61,927 nucleotides of DNA, filler included, from Sphacelaria rigidula (GCA_964200075.2; 8 parts of 8 records of this genome joined end to end with filler, not necessarily neighbours in it); one strand, 5' to 3'; numbered from the whole stretch's first letter, positions 13,090-26,220 are shown. Notes: generated by a model from the sequence alone, not told the origin. A program made the numbers and translations.

Positions 13090-13575
13090 TGCCAGCGGCG
13101 AGCTAAGCATATGACGTGAGTGAGCAAACAGCATGTGTTCCCGGGGTGAGCTGCCGGGAGTAGCTCATCCGCTCCTGTTTTCCCTGGGTGAGCGATAAGG
13201 GCTGCGTGAGCTACAAATTTTTACCTTGGATGAGCTTTCGTGTGTAGCTCATCCGCGTATGTTTCCCCTGGGTGAGCTGCAAGAGCTGCGTGGGCTTCAC
13301 ATGTTTTCCCTGGGTGAGCTGCAAGAGCTAGGTTAGCTACGCATGATTGCCTCGGGTAAGCTACTAGATGTAGCTCATCTGCGCATGTTTTCCCTGTGTG
13401 AGCTGAGAGCTGCATGAACCACGCATGCTTGCCCTGGGTGAGCTACCAACCCGTAGCTCATCAGCTCATATTCGCCCTGGGTGAGCTATGAAAGCTACGT
13501 GAGCTACGCATGTCTGTCCTGGGTGAGCTACCAACCCGTAGGTCATGAGCTCATATTCGATATCTCATATGGCAA
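13090..13575. repeat. ~42-bp GAGCT minisatellite, block 2
   Basis: Same unit and orientation as 11785-12390. Confidence 0.88.
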
Positions 13576-14165
13576 CATGAGATATACACAGCAGCTGCAG
13601 CAATAAATCAAGTTACCCGGTGTAGCTAAGACGCAAATCTACTAGTCCGCCACGTTATGGCTGGGCAGACCCTTGCCGCACATGAAAATGTCGAGAGGTG
13701 GAGTGAATTTCATATCTCGTGCGAATTTTTCACCATCCTAGAAGTTAACTGGAGCACTTTCGATGTTGAATGATGGCTATTGTAGTAAGTTGTACATCTC
13801 TGTAAAGTTTCGGTTTGCTGACAGTCGTGAAGCGTCAGTCGTCAGCATCTCCGATCGTGTTGGTCAGGCATATTGGAAAATGACTTTTGGCTTGTAGGAT
13901 ATTCGCTACAGGCTGCTTCACGGTGATCACCCAAAATTGTGTCATCAGCAAATGCCTTCCGCAACACGCACCCAATAGTCGCATGTATGGTATCATACTG
14001 ACCGCAATGAACAGACGAAGAGGGTGACATAGCCGGATTTTTGTTCAAGGTCGTAGCGGTGGCGCTATGGACCAAAATATGTCTCAGCCAATCAGCGCCC
14101 TTCAAACTGTTCTGAGATCGAAATTACGAATACCAAGCCCAATTTCCACCCAATCTCTACATGAT

Positions 14166-14271
14166 TCAACCCTTAGACCGCGAGGTTAGTCTTCTGTTGA
14201 ATCGGCATCAATTTCAAGTGAAACAAAGTATGCATGATCCAGCAAGACTAATCTCGCGGTCTAACGGTTAA
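14166..14271. mobile_element. Solo ~100-bp piggyBac-like MITE
   Basis: TCAA|CCCTTAGACCGCGAG...CTCGCGGTCTAACGG|TTAA; nearly identical to the unit at 47464-47561. Confidence 0.75.
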
Positions 14272-15829
14272 ATCGTAGTAACCGTCATCGACACGGGAAT
14301 CTGACGAGAAAATCATATTTTTGAAACGGTTACTACGGAGGTCGAATGATACCCGAAACCGTGATGTTTCGGCGATGTCGGGTGTTGGCGTCGTCTAATT
14401 TCCACTAATGATTCGCACGAAAGACCCAGGGAGCCTCGTGACGGTGTCCCTTATATCTGTTGTACAAGAGCTCAGACCGCCCTCAAACTCGGCAGCTCCG
14501 TAGGTATTGATGCTCAAAATGGAAAAAATGTATTCTTGACAATATACCATGGTTTCTCCGTTCTCTACCGGCTTCCGGCGGTCCCAGCATGAAGACCCCC
14601 GGAAGGCGGTACAGAATGCCCTAGAAGAAAAATAACGAAATGATGCGTCCCGGGAGAGTCCAAGGAACACATGTACAAAGTTTGGTGGAGAAACTCGAAA
14701 ACTTCATACAGTTTTTCTAGCCTTGACGTCAATTTCACCCCAAAAGGCGCTTCCATACTAAGACGAAGTAATTAAGAGTTGCACGTTTCCAGCCCACGTC
14801 TTCCACACACACGCAAACTTTCACGCCGTCATTAGGAGTTAGGCCGGATGTTATGGCAACAGATATTTAGCCCACAGATTTTTGAATTATGGTGGAAGAA
14901 ATCCGCGGCATATTTGGTTTCGGGAACGATATTATCGCAGCACACAGATTTCCATACCATACTGTTCTGATTGTATACCTCCACCAGGGTTTCGAGTTTC
15001 ATGTTTGGCGTGTCTCAACAGCTCACAGTCCTGTAGGTGTCTCGTGTGTTGTGGCGTGCTGTAGTGATGTAGCGTCACTGCCGCAGAGAGGTCATTACCA
15101 CCCCACTAACACCAGTGCCGGTTCTTTCGAGCACATAAGTAAACGACCATGCCCCCCTCGTTGCTGCTAAAGTTGAATCCTTCATCGAAGGATCGCAGAA
15201 CTACCCGCAAGACAGCGACAGTGCGCATCACATGTCTACTCTCTTAACGTCTCTGCAACGCTTTTACCAGGAGACCGACGAGCAAGGCGTGTCGTTTTTT
15301 GCCTCGTACGCGCGAAGCGGGCTCCATGGCGCATCGGCTGCGGCGTGTGGTTGCTTCGTGTGTTGTTGGTTGTTGTCGACAGGATCACACACAAAGGCGC
15401 AGCCAGCANNNNNNNNNNNNNNNNNNNNNNNNNNNNNNNNNNNNNNNNNNNNTTAATTAATTAANNNNNNNNNNNNNNNNNNNNNNNNNNNNNNNNNNNN
15501 NNNNNNNNGTGGCGATTTTCCCTGTTTGGGGGTCAAAAACCTCGTCAAATATCCAAAAAGTGGGAAATACGAGCCAAACAAAATATGAACCGGAAGAAAC
15601 GGCCTAACGTGTGTAACGTGTATATCCCTCGTATTTTCCCCTCGTCATTTGCAAAAAAAGAGGGGAAAAAACGAACCGGAAGAAGCGGCCTGATATAAAA
15701 AATTCCCAAAACAAAAAATGGCTCTCGTCTTTGTTGTCTTACGAGGACTCTGGGCCTCAACAACCTCAACTGACTAGCCCCAAAGTGTACACTCGACAGG
15801 AATTCGCCACGTTTGGCAACATTACGAGA

Positions 15830-16300
15830 CATGGTTCACCAATAATCAGTTCAAGTAACTTGCCTCAGCTGGTCGGAAATCAAGCAAGGGTCGGACGAAT
15901 GTATGATTCGTCTGGAAATCACTAGATTTTAGTGCCATTGATTCGTATCGTACGAATCAATCCTTAGGCTTTGTTTCCAGCGTTGCATGCCAGAAACGCG
16001 CAGTCCGGGCACGTGGAATGGCGGAAATTGCGTGTAGACCTTTCTGACCAGCGGTCAACTCTCTTGTCTCTTTTTTCAACAATCAGGCCTCGAAAGTCGT
16101 GGATTTGGTAACTCGAACCGGCGATGATTCGTCTGAACGGTGAAATCAAGTGAATTGGTTCACCTACACTCAGTTCGAGTAACCCGCCTCAGCTAACCTA
16201 AGATCACGTGGTATACTTACACTCAATTTCAAGTAGCTCACCTCAGCTGCTCTAAAATCAACGGACCTGGTTCACTTATACTCAGTGTCACGTAATTTCC
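15830..16300 (+). repeat. Short degenerate direct repeats (GGTTCACCTACACTCAGTTCAAGTAAC..CCTCAGCT) in the presumed retrotransposon leader
   Basis: Copies at about 15833-15870, 16157-16195, 16210-16250 and 16268-16300. Confidence 0.6.
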
Positions 16301-17342
16301 TTCCCCTACTGTACCCTACGACTGAGTAAACATTTGTATAGGAGATAGTGTAGAACTAGCTTCATAAAAGATTGGGATACTTCCTCCCCCCTGGAGCGCC
16401 GAAAACGAAAAAAATGTTGCTGGATTCAGGAGCGATCTTGGTTGACAACTCTTGACTGATCCCTGAGATTACGGACCCGTCGAGAGGAAGGGGGGTGATC
16501 GGAAGAATTATGCGAGTAGCAAAATCAAACAGTGTGGTGAGCCGAACTCTCGGAGGCGTTTTGGTTTTGTACAGAACTAGTTCTAGTTTAAAGATATGAA
16601 CTTGTGTACGGGTAAATCGGGATAAAACATGATCAACGAACACTTGTCCTGAGTTCAACGATGGAATTGCAGTATTTCAAGACTTAGCAAGTATAAATCG
16701 GGGCTCGGGCTAAAGAAGAGTTGTCATGTCCGATGTTGAAGTGCTAAAAGTAAGGAAAACTTGTAATCCGGATCGGAAGGACAGAGCAGTAGTAGGATGT
16801 TGAAGGCTAGATTCAAGGATTGTGATGTGCTGTGGACTAGTGTTGGACTACAGATGAGGAAAGCTGGCTGTTGAGTGTACTTTGAGACTGAAAAGTGAGT
16901 TCTTTTAGAATAACATCACAGGTTAGGTAGTCAAGTACGACAAAAGGGATGGGGAAGTACCGAGTTGAGGACCGAAGGGTTTTCGGCACTCAACCCCCGC
17001 GAGCTTCACTCCTTTTTACACCTTGTTTTCTTGGTCGACGGTCTTGGTTTTTGTGTGCTATTTCAAGAGCAGTTACGGGTGCGGAATTGTCTGAGGGAAT
17101 ACAAATTCTAGTACAAATAACGAAAGAAAGAAGCATAAAACCACATCTTTGCATTTTGGGCACAGAGGACCTTCCTCTCATCTTGGCTTTGACTGAACAC
17201 TACAGCTAGCTCCTATAAAACGGTTGAATCTACATTTGGAGAAGTGGGCAACAGCTTCTCTCACGACAGTGGCGTCTGACGGTAGTCCGGGGGAGAGCTC
17301 AGCAAAGTCAGCACGTACATCAGACGATACCGGCTTCGCAAC

Positions 17343-20300
17343 ATGTCCGGTAAGACACCCCGTTCTGAGAGTGATGTGAAAGTGATGACTGGGGTAAGGA
17401 CGAGGTCTCAACGTAGAGCAGATGACCGGTCGCGTGAGGCTATTAATAGCTTGAACGTAGCGTCAGGCACGAACGTGTCTGACATACCAGATGCTAAAAA
17501 CAAATGTGTAGAGGAGTCAGTTGGGAGCGCACCAGAATTGCAGCTGGGGCTTTCAGCGAATTCGGATTTACACACTGAGAGGGAAAGAGGTATCACCGGA
17601 GAAAATCTCGCGGCACCTCCGGCCCATCGGGTAGATGACAGGACATGCATACAGAGTGACGTTTTGACTCAAAATGACTCGCTCGAAGTATCGAATGTAG
17701 ACTCAGTGGTGAACTTTGAAGGGGGGCGAAGCTTGACTGATGAAACAACGTCAGCGTTTCACACCCCCGAGACAGATGACATGAAATGTGTAGAAAGCCT
17801 AGCCGAAAAAAGGGCGGCTGCTAGCATATCAAATGTTGTAGACAGAGGTGAACGAATTAGGACAGTGGAAAAGTCGGTTTCCTCACCCTCTGTCGAAATC
17901 GGTGGTGACGTGTCCACTACACCAGGTCATATGAAGGAAATTTCGCAACTGCCCAGTGCTGTACATGACAGGATTGCGGGTAGTAATGTGCGGGTACCCC
18001 TAGACGAAGATGAAATGCTTGCTGGAGGTAGAGTTGAATCACCCGGTGATGTGAACAACATGCTTCCTGGTAGCAATGTGCAGTCACCAACAAAGACGGA
18101 TGACATGCTGGTGGGTGGTTCTAGAAAATTTTATGATGATGCAAAAATGAAACAGGATACGCAGGTATCACGACCCAGAACTTATGATGAACATGAGAAC
18201 TTATGATGAAGATGAGAACATCGAGCAAGACCAAGAAACCGAATCACACCCCATTGCACCACGTGGTGACTCTTTGTCTCCCACCCTCACGTCGAAAGTA
18301 GAGCAGAGTAGGCGACGGTCGACCGCATCGGGGGTGGTACAACAGATTGTGATACTTCACAAAACGCAGTCACAGTTACGATCAATCATGTCAAATATTG
18401 AGTGTAGTGATGATATCAGAAATGACACGGCACGTTCGAATCAAGAACCGCGGCTAGTTATCGGGACACAGGGGTTAAATGCTGCTTCAGTAAAAGTAGA
18501 ACAAACGAACCGGACAGATCAAGGTTTTCAGTCAGCTGTTTGTTCTTCGTTGCCTCAGCAACACCGTGACTCGTCACCAAACTCGATGATAACCACACGC
18601 GCTACTGCTGCTGCTGGTACCGTTCTTTACACGGCAGACACGCAGTCACCGACGTCCAGCTCCCAGAAGGGGAAAGCACCGGTTGTGGGGCTACCAGGGG
18701 TGATGGTGCCCCACACCACCCCGATGGAGACGGCAGGTTCGGCGAGCGTGGTCACCCTGAGGGAACCTATAGTTTCTCCGACCGCAGAGGTGATGAACCA
18801 CGATAATGAGGTAGAGGCTGATATTGACTGTGTTGATAACTCGGAGTTTGAGAAAACTGCTGTGATCAATGATGTGGTCGAAAATGTTCGTCAATTATTG
18901 GATTCGTTGTCGCACGAGGATAGATGCAGGGCAACAGGAATTGATCCTGGTGATAGTGGTCGCCCAGTGACTACAGTTGCGGCGCCGGGTGGAGTATTTA
19001 CTCCTATTCCGTCGAGCATGACGAGGCCCGTGGTGGCTGAGCTTAGCCTCAGGAAAGAAGCGCCCAGTGTTCGAAAGTCAGCAGCTGTGGAACGTCGTCG
19101 TTTTGAACGCATGCCGGTAGAGAGGTCCAATTCCCAATTTGAGGGGAACTCTTCGGATGACTCCGATACTGATGGCGATGAGACTTATGCGCGCATTTTA
19201 CATAAGGCGGAACTTCGTTCGGCAGCGCATAGAAGAAAGCGTATCGATATACTAATTCGTAAAGATGAAGAGATGGCCCGTCGTTTGTCTGCCACCCTGG
19301 GCACTGACCTGGAGCCCCGCAAGGTGTCTAAATCGGCGAATCCCGAGTGGAAAGTGGTGACGAGAAAAAACCCAAAGATAACCTACGCCCAGGCGGTAGG
19401 CAAGCCATATATTGAGAAAAACATTCCCACTGATCGCACAGACGGGGATACCTCCATGTCTGCCGTCACACTGTCCCCTCAGACGTCTCGTAGGATGCTA
19501 CAAGCGGGAGCGACACGATTCAAAAACATCAAAGAAAAATTGAGCGTGGTGAGGGCGCAAAAGGAAGAAGTCAGCGGGGAGTTGGATGAAATAATGGCGC
19601 GTCTAGCAGGGTTAAAGAAGAGAAAGAAATCTTTAATGGAAGAAGAATTGGACGGGGAAGCAGCCTTGTTGGAGGCCCGTGGGGAGAGAGAGAGCACGAC
19701 CGTGGAACATGTGACAAAGGCGAATGTTTTACCAAAGAGGATGGGGCCGGCGGAACATGCCGAGTATCAGAGGAGTTTGGGGGAATCCAACTCCCCTGAG
19801 GGAATTTCAACGGCGCCCGCTATTGAGCAAGAGGTGCACCGCCAGCCGGCGGTGCAAATGAATCCGGTGCGGCACAATCAACGTCCACCCACGGTGGAGG
19901 CGGCGCAACCACCCAGTATATCGTTCACGGAGTACAAGTTGTTGAAACAAACGTGCCCGGCCACTTGGCCTCTCTCAGACTGGCTAGAGTATAATGCCAT
20001 TAAAACAAGACATGGTACAGAACATCAGTCTGTACCCCGGGAGCAGCCGCAGGATCACAGAGGTGTGGAGGAGTCTGGGTCGGAAGGAGGTGGAAGCTCA
20101 GGGAGTTGGCAGAAACACCATCCCAGAGGCAACCGAGGACGAGGAAGGGGTCATCCCTCATGTTACTTCAATAGAAGGTACGAGGAAGAAACGCTGTCAG
20201 AGCAGGATACAAAAGTAGAAAATTCGCAAACAGAGGTGGTACGACGGGTAGCACCGACACAGGTCGCAACACACAACCATGTGTCTGAAATGTTGGCGCC

Positions 20301-21450
20301 AGCATCAAAAAAGTCCTCGACGGATATTGCGAGAGAATATGCAAAAATGGATACGTCTATTTTATTTGAATTGCCAAAATTACCGCTCAGTCCTAATCAC
20401 GACGTGGCGGATCTAGTAGCTTTTGGTGCCGCTCTGAGGGACTCCCTTAATGATATGCGTGTAATTGTGGGGGATACCGACCCTGATGATTGGCACCCGG
20501 GTTGGGTAAAATGTTTGCAAAAACATCTACTGAAGTCTATTCGAGGAAATAAATCTTCCCCCCAAGGGATTCAAGCAGTATCCATACTACGTACGCGAAT
20601 TGCTGATGTTACAAATGAAGCAATCAGAATGCAAGATAGGGGATCAAAGGGTCCAGAAGCCTTTGAACATGTACTCCGAATGCTAAGCAGGGCGTTGAGC
20701 AAAGTGACCCCAGCTGGTGTCATGGGTTTGTCAGTAAATTTTGCGGTGGAACCGGGAACCACGTTCGCAACATATTTATCTGAGTTGAGACTGTTAGTGG
20801 CGACCGTGCAAAGTGTTGGTCGAGAATTGGCCCCGGGTAATGGTTCCATTCAATTTGCGATTCAAAACGGCATTGACGATCAATTTCCCAACATCAGTGC
20901 ACAGGCTTTTGCGGGCAAGCACCATCAACCTCTCCCTTTCAATGATGTTGAGGAAATCATGAACGCTTTCAGAGATTTTGACACAAACACCTCTGTGGCA
21001 GTAGCTGCTAAACGTTTTGGTACGGGTAGTGACGGTGGTGTAACCACCAGGTCCAGACACTTTGCGAAAGCGTTGCACAGCAAATGTTTTGGGGGAATAA
21101 TGAGTATTGACGAGGTATACCAAGACGAAGACACAGAGATGCAACATGTTAATTCCATTGGCCAGAAACAAAATAATCGGTTTGGAAAAAAAGGAAGGGA
21201 TCCGCCATTTTATGAACCCTTCAACTCCCGTGAAGCGAAGGATGCTGCGCGCAAAGCATTTGGTCCGTTCTGTTTGAATTGTGGCAGCTCGGAACATATC
21301 TTGGCTCGATATTGTCCGAACGAATTCATAAATAAATCAGGTATAATTCATCATGAAATTGGAGAAGGGTCCCCACAAGAAATTTCTGATAAATGGCGAA
21401 GATGGCAACACAGGTTGTGTGCATACCATCGAAGTAGAAGCACAACGTGA
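17343..21450 (+). pseudogene. gag: LTR-retrotransposon gag-like ORF (~1362 aa after repair) with C-terminal zinc knuckle
   Basis: ORFs 17343-18206 and 18184-21450 join once a 19-nt tandem duplication (18177-18195/18196-18214) is removed. Contains a coiled-coil segment and the CCHC knuckle CLNCGSSEHILARYC near the end, followed by a protease. Confidence 0.75.
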
Positions 21451-23162
21451 AGGTGCGACGATAAAACTTGGGCAAATTTATGGGTAGCACATCCGCCCGT
21501 ATTAAGTATCGGAGGACCTGACCCTCCAGAAAAAACTGCAGATACTAATGTCGACACTGTGGTTAGTCCGCACAGTCCAACTGGTTCGGCCTGGCACGGG
21601 AAGCATACCATTAGGGGGAACAAGGAAAGTACGTTCCAAAGGGGTAGGGATCGCGGTTCCGAAGAAACATTGACATTCAACGCGGGGACTGCGCATCCTC
21701 GTTCTGGAAATTCGAGAGTTGGAAAGAAATCAAAATTCTGTACAGATCAAAATGTCAGCCAATCTGCAGACACGTCAATGCAGGCAGGCGCAAGTGGGGT
21801 CTTCGCGTTGAAATATTGCGCGACATCTAGCTCTGGCCGTCGGAATAGTGCATTGGTTGGGGGTCATTCCCCTAGCTGCGCGCCTATTCTAAGCGATATT
21901 TTATGTGAAAGTAAAACATCGAGTGCATATGCAGGCAACCGAGATGCATCATTTGAACCGTTGGTTGTAGCTAGGGTTTCGGATGGACCCGCTGGGATTG
22001 ATCAGTCACAGAATATGGAACACCCAGTAGATAAAGTAAGCATCCAGGGTGAGGTAGGAGTACCACATGGTCGAGTTAGCTTTGAAGGCAGCCCTCGACA
22101 CCCATTTGGACTGGGGAAAACATGCAAGGCTCAAGCCGCTAAAGGTTCCACCGTGCAAGGCAAAATATCCTGCATTGGCAAGGGCCATGATAATAGTAGT
22201 CACCTAGTTGATCGAAATAATACTACTCACGCCAAGACTACATATTCGACTGTACATGGCACGACCGCCCATGAGAGTCGAGATAATAGTGATGCTCCGG
22301 TAGAGGAAAATGAAATTTTTTCCGCCGAGATTTCCACCGTGCATGAAGAAACGAAACGCACCAGTGCGACAATCAGTAGTGTTGTGGTGGAAAGAAGTGA
22401 TATTTCTCCGACTAGAGATTCCGATGTACACAGCTTAACAGCTCGCAACAGTCGGGGCAACCGTAATATAGGTCAGAGAGGACCAAGCATGGCTGGCCCT
22501 GCCCGAGATCTAGCAACCGTACACGAAAGTGGATTAGCTGGCAATGGTGACGATGTGCAGGACTACATGACTGTTGATTTTCCCGATAGAACTGTTGAGG
22601 CGTCCCGAAATATTTAACGTCAAATCGATTGTGATAATTCATCGTGTTACGCAGTACGTAAAATAGTAGTAGGAGAAGGTAACGAACCAAGTCGGACACC
22701 AGCGGAAAGTATTTACGCGCTTGACTCCAAAACGGGTAGTCGCTTGCCTGCCAACCCGGTCCCAGCCCGCGTACCAGCGACAATAATTAGTCAGGTCGCG
22801 CGAGGTAAGAAGGGACCTTACTTGGAAGAATTCCACCAAGTGAAGGGGGGGGAAGTGAGTTTAAACCGCAAGGAAAGTTCGACTTTGGCGCAAATCTTTT
22901 CAGGACCAAAGGCAACTCGAACCTTGGAGGTAAAGGCTCTAGTGGACACGGGGAGCCCAGCGACGTTCATTCATTACTCAATATGGAAAAAAAATGGTTG
23001 ACGTTGGGGCAGCTACTATTGAAGGTGTCCGAGAAATAGACCCGGTATCTTGGGGTGGCTTTAATGGTGTTCCGTTGTGCACATCTTCACAGGTGCGGTT
23101 GAATATTAGACTGTGGCCTAGAAGACCCAACCCACGGATGTCAGTTCAGAATGGACGAGCAT
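21451..23162 (+). pseudogene. pol: Start of pol: long Ser/Gly-rich linker and retropepsin (aspartic protease); truncated by contig end
   Basis: Same frame as gag. Motif VKALVDTGSPATFI (DTG at 22945). In-frame TAA at 22615 and a frameshift in an A8 run at about 22987-22994. Confidence 0.8.
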
Positions 23163-25217
23163 NNNNNNNNNNNNNNNNNNNNNNNNNNNNNNNNNNNNNN
23201 NNNNNNTTAATTAATTAANNNNNNNNNNNNNNNNNNNNNNNNNNNNNNNNNNNNNNNNNNNNCCCCACACCAAAAAAAAAAAAAGCAAAACAAAATACTA
23301 TGATAAGAAGAAAATGTGGGACATGTTAAGGGGGGAGTCCTGTGACGGGGACGTAGAGGGCAACACGATACATGGAAAAAGAAAAAGAAATCCGAAGGGT
23401 GTGAAAAAACGCAAGAAACGACAACCTTCGGAAAGATGGCGTCAGAAGCGACGAAATATCCGGGAATCTAGGACAAATCCGCCGTAAAAAAAAACGAAAG
23501 CAGCAAAGGAAACAAAAAACAAGCCAGTAGTTCGTCCGCTACAAAACCTTGATATAAAGCTTGACTGCTATCATGCGAAGGGGAAATTATGTCTCATTAG
23601 ACGTCCAGTTCCGCTGTCAGAGTTTGTCAAGCAGCCCGCCTAGGCGTTTCACAGTACCGGGGAAGCACAAACGATCGCACACTTCGTTCATCAGTAGAAC
23701 GCGACGGTGTTGAATGCTCAAGCGGGAAAAGAAAATCGCTGAACGAAAGGAAAGACACCGGAAACCAAAAGCAACATGCAGCCGTGAGGCAACATGCTGC
23801 ACCAACGTGACGATGAAGGGCGGCCCATCGAATTGAAAAGGTGCCCACATCGTCCCACAAAGCGTCAACGAATAACACACAACCGGAGGAGATAAATTCA
23901 AGGCGGGTAATCCGATGCGTTCGTGGTGAACCACGGCAAGTATATAGAAAGAGGGGCCGATGCAGTCCGCTCTTAGATACATGCCCGTTCAGACGAGAGA
24001 ATCGAGAGGGTGGGCATACAAACGGGAGGATATACTCCCGCCGAGCACATCAACGCGATAATTCGCCAGCAATAACCCTACAACAAAAACGAACCACCTT
24101 ACTGATTTCCGAAGCGGCGGACCGGATGTACGACCTCGAGACTGCGAAAAACGAAACGACTGGTGCTTTTTGTTTTGGCGGACTGTTGTAGCAACGGAAC
24201 TGAACATAATCCAAGAGAAAAGAAATATTTCCGAACATGGGACACCTGATACAGCGAGCAATTACACAGAATCTGCGACGGTGCTCAAGGAGAGGGCTCG
24301 TCGGACGCACAACATATAACCCGGTCATCGAAAGCCGACGTGGGTTCAACGGTATTAAGCTGTAGAAAAAAAACAAAAAAAAAACACACACACAAAACAA
24401 AGGAAAGAGTAGGGGGGAAACGAATAATAGGGTACGCCGAAAGAACCAGTCCGTTGGGGAGGTTGATGGCGGTTACTGGTTGGACAATCGCACACCGGGT
24501 ATGTATGTGCACCGGGAAGGAGTTGGTACGGGGCGTGTTGAAGAATATCAAGGGGGTGCGTCGGCCGCCTCCGAATACAAGAGGAAGAACCAAAGACAAA
24601 AACAAGGGAAAGAGGGGACCATGTAAGGTAGGAAGAAGGGGAAACAGGGCAAAACGAAACAAAATAGAAAACAAGAAAAACAAAAAAAACAAAGTAAAAA
24701 AACAAGAGCTGACAAAAAGGAAAAGAAACACAAAAGCTGCATACAGGAACAGGCATACGCGGCAACGGTTCACTACAGAATACCGATATACGCGGCTACT
24801 GGGTACTGCCGAGGGAAACGTGGGCTACCGGGCTACACGTTGTTCAGGGAAACGAGACCACGAGAGGGCAAGGGGAAGCAGAAACAAAGACGACAACAAC
24901 AACAACAACAACAACAACAAACACGACGAGACCAGGGGGACTACGATGGGCGGTAGGGACAAACGCAGACAACCGACTCGCAACGGTACTTGAGGAAACG
25001 ACACCAAAGACAAGACAAGGAAAAATAAAAATAAACAGGGGGGATTTCAAAGAACACGAATAAAATCAGAAGGAACGCAAATTCGCCATCAAGATTATGC
25101 CGTGTCCCACGCCGTGTCGGGGTTGCGCAAGACAGCTGTGTCGATGTCCCCTTTGTCGTGTCGTTGTAGGCACCAAGATCCTCGGCGAGCGGTCGGCATC
25201 TTGGTGTAGTAATCGTC

Positions 25218-25361
25218 GTTGAGACGGATCTTGAGAGGACCCGGGTCATCGAGGAAGCGGATGTAGTACGAATCGTCCGCCTCAGGATCTATCAAATGAA
25301 TCTTCCCCAGCCACCACCGCGAATCCATAGCCCTGTACCAAAAAATCGCACCTTTCGGCAA
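25218..25361 (-). CDS. Putative Tudor/PWWP-like (Royal family) domain downstream of the chromodomain
   Basis: LPKGAIFWYRAMDSRWWLGKI...YYIRFLDDPG resembles the Tudor pattern G-x-x-x-x-x-x-x-x-D-x-x-W[YW]-x-[AG]-x-I...Y-x-V-x-F-x-D. Confidence 0.5.
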
Positions 25362-25526
25362 ACGTTTCTTCGAAAAAGAGCGCAGGTATTGCGAACGAGA
25401 AATCAGACTATAGCCCGAAATGACAAATCGTGCCGAATGTTCTCGGGCCAGCTCACGAGCTGCTGCGCCTTTTCGCATAGACCTATATCGTTTGTTCAAC
25501 GGGCGGTGTTGGACGACATCTCCGAC

Positions 25527-25682
25527 CCAATATAAAAGTATCTCTCTTCGAAAATGACGTAAATCCTCCTCCCGTTCCCACGTAACACGCATGAGGCCTT
25601 TCCAGTGAGTCTGATACATAACCGCAATTTTACCGCCTCGACCTCGAACTAATTGGTGGCCCGAGATGCGATCTACCACTAC
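25527..25682 (-). CDS. Integrase C-terminal chromodomain (degenerate aromatic cage)
   Basis: VVDRISGHQ...MYQTHWKG...TWEREEDL...ILLYW fits the chromodomain pattern and is in frame with the integrase after MITE removal. Confidence 0.75.
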
Positions 25683-25971
25683 ACGCTCAAGAGGACCGTC
25701 AGCGTCTTCAACCGTCATGTGGTACGGGGGGGATTTCGCCGCATACCTGGTTAGCACATACTACTGACTGAGCCCCACAGGCAATTGCTTGGGCAGGTCA
25801 CTAGTGTCGTGAGGGGGCAGACACGGCTTGCACCGAAGCATCGAGACCCGGTTTTAGGGTTTGACGACAGGTTCATCCGTGGGAAAATACAAATACAAAA
25901 GCTTCTCACCTACTGGTTTATCGTCAGGGGCGGTATCACAGGGCCCAACTGTCAAAATCTTTCAAGGATCA

Positions 25972-26220
25972 GACTAATGCCGGGATAGCCCCCCCACAAA
26001 AAGTGCACCGGAGACCGGCCGACAAACCGGCTGCGATCTCATTACTGGGCTCGTTTGCAGCAATTTCGCCCACGTGGGAGGCGTGTAGCAGTCCGAAATC
26101 AGCTATAATGCCCAAATGAGTCATGTCGTGCAGCACAAATCCAGCTCTGCCGGCATTTACGATCATCGCCTTCCTGCACTTTTTTGGCCGGTTCGGGGGG
26201 GGGCTATCTCGGCAGCAGTC
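25972..26220. mobile_element. 249-bp MITE inserted in the integrase gene
   Basis: TIRs GACTAATGCCGGGATAGCCCCCC/GGGGGGCTATCTCGGCAGCAGTC; flanks ATCA/ACCA. Removing the element plus 4 bp restores the frame ...LNWTGP*KILTVGP... Confidence 0.88.

Noticed and set aside
15825-15845. LTR end plus primer-binding site (CA|TGGTTCACC)
   Set aside because: The same motif recurs in nearby internal repeats, does not match the tRNA-iMet PBS, and there is no second LTR to confirm the boundary.
24285-25050. Lys/Asn-rich and Phe/Leu-rich ORFs (possible extra or env-like ORF of the Gypsy element)
   Set aside because: Products of A-rich low-complexity sequence and a (CAA)n microsatellite; no recognisable domain.
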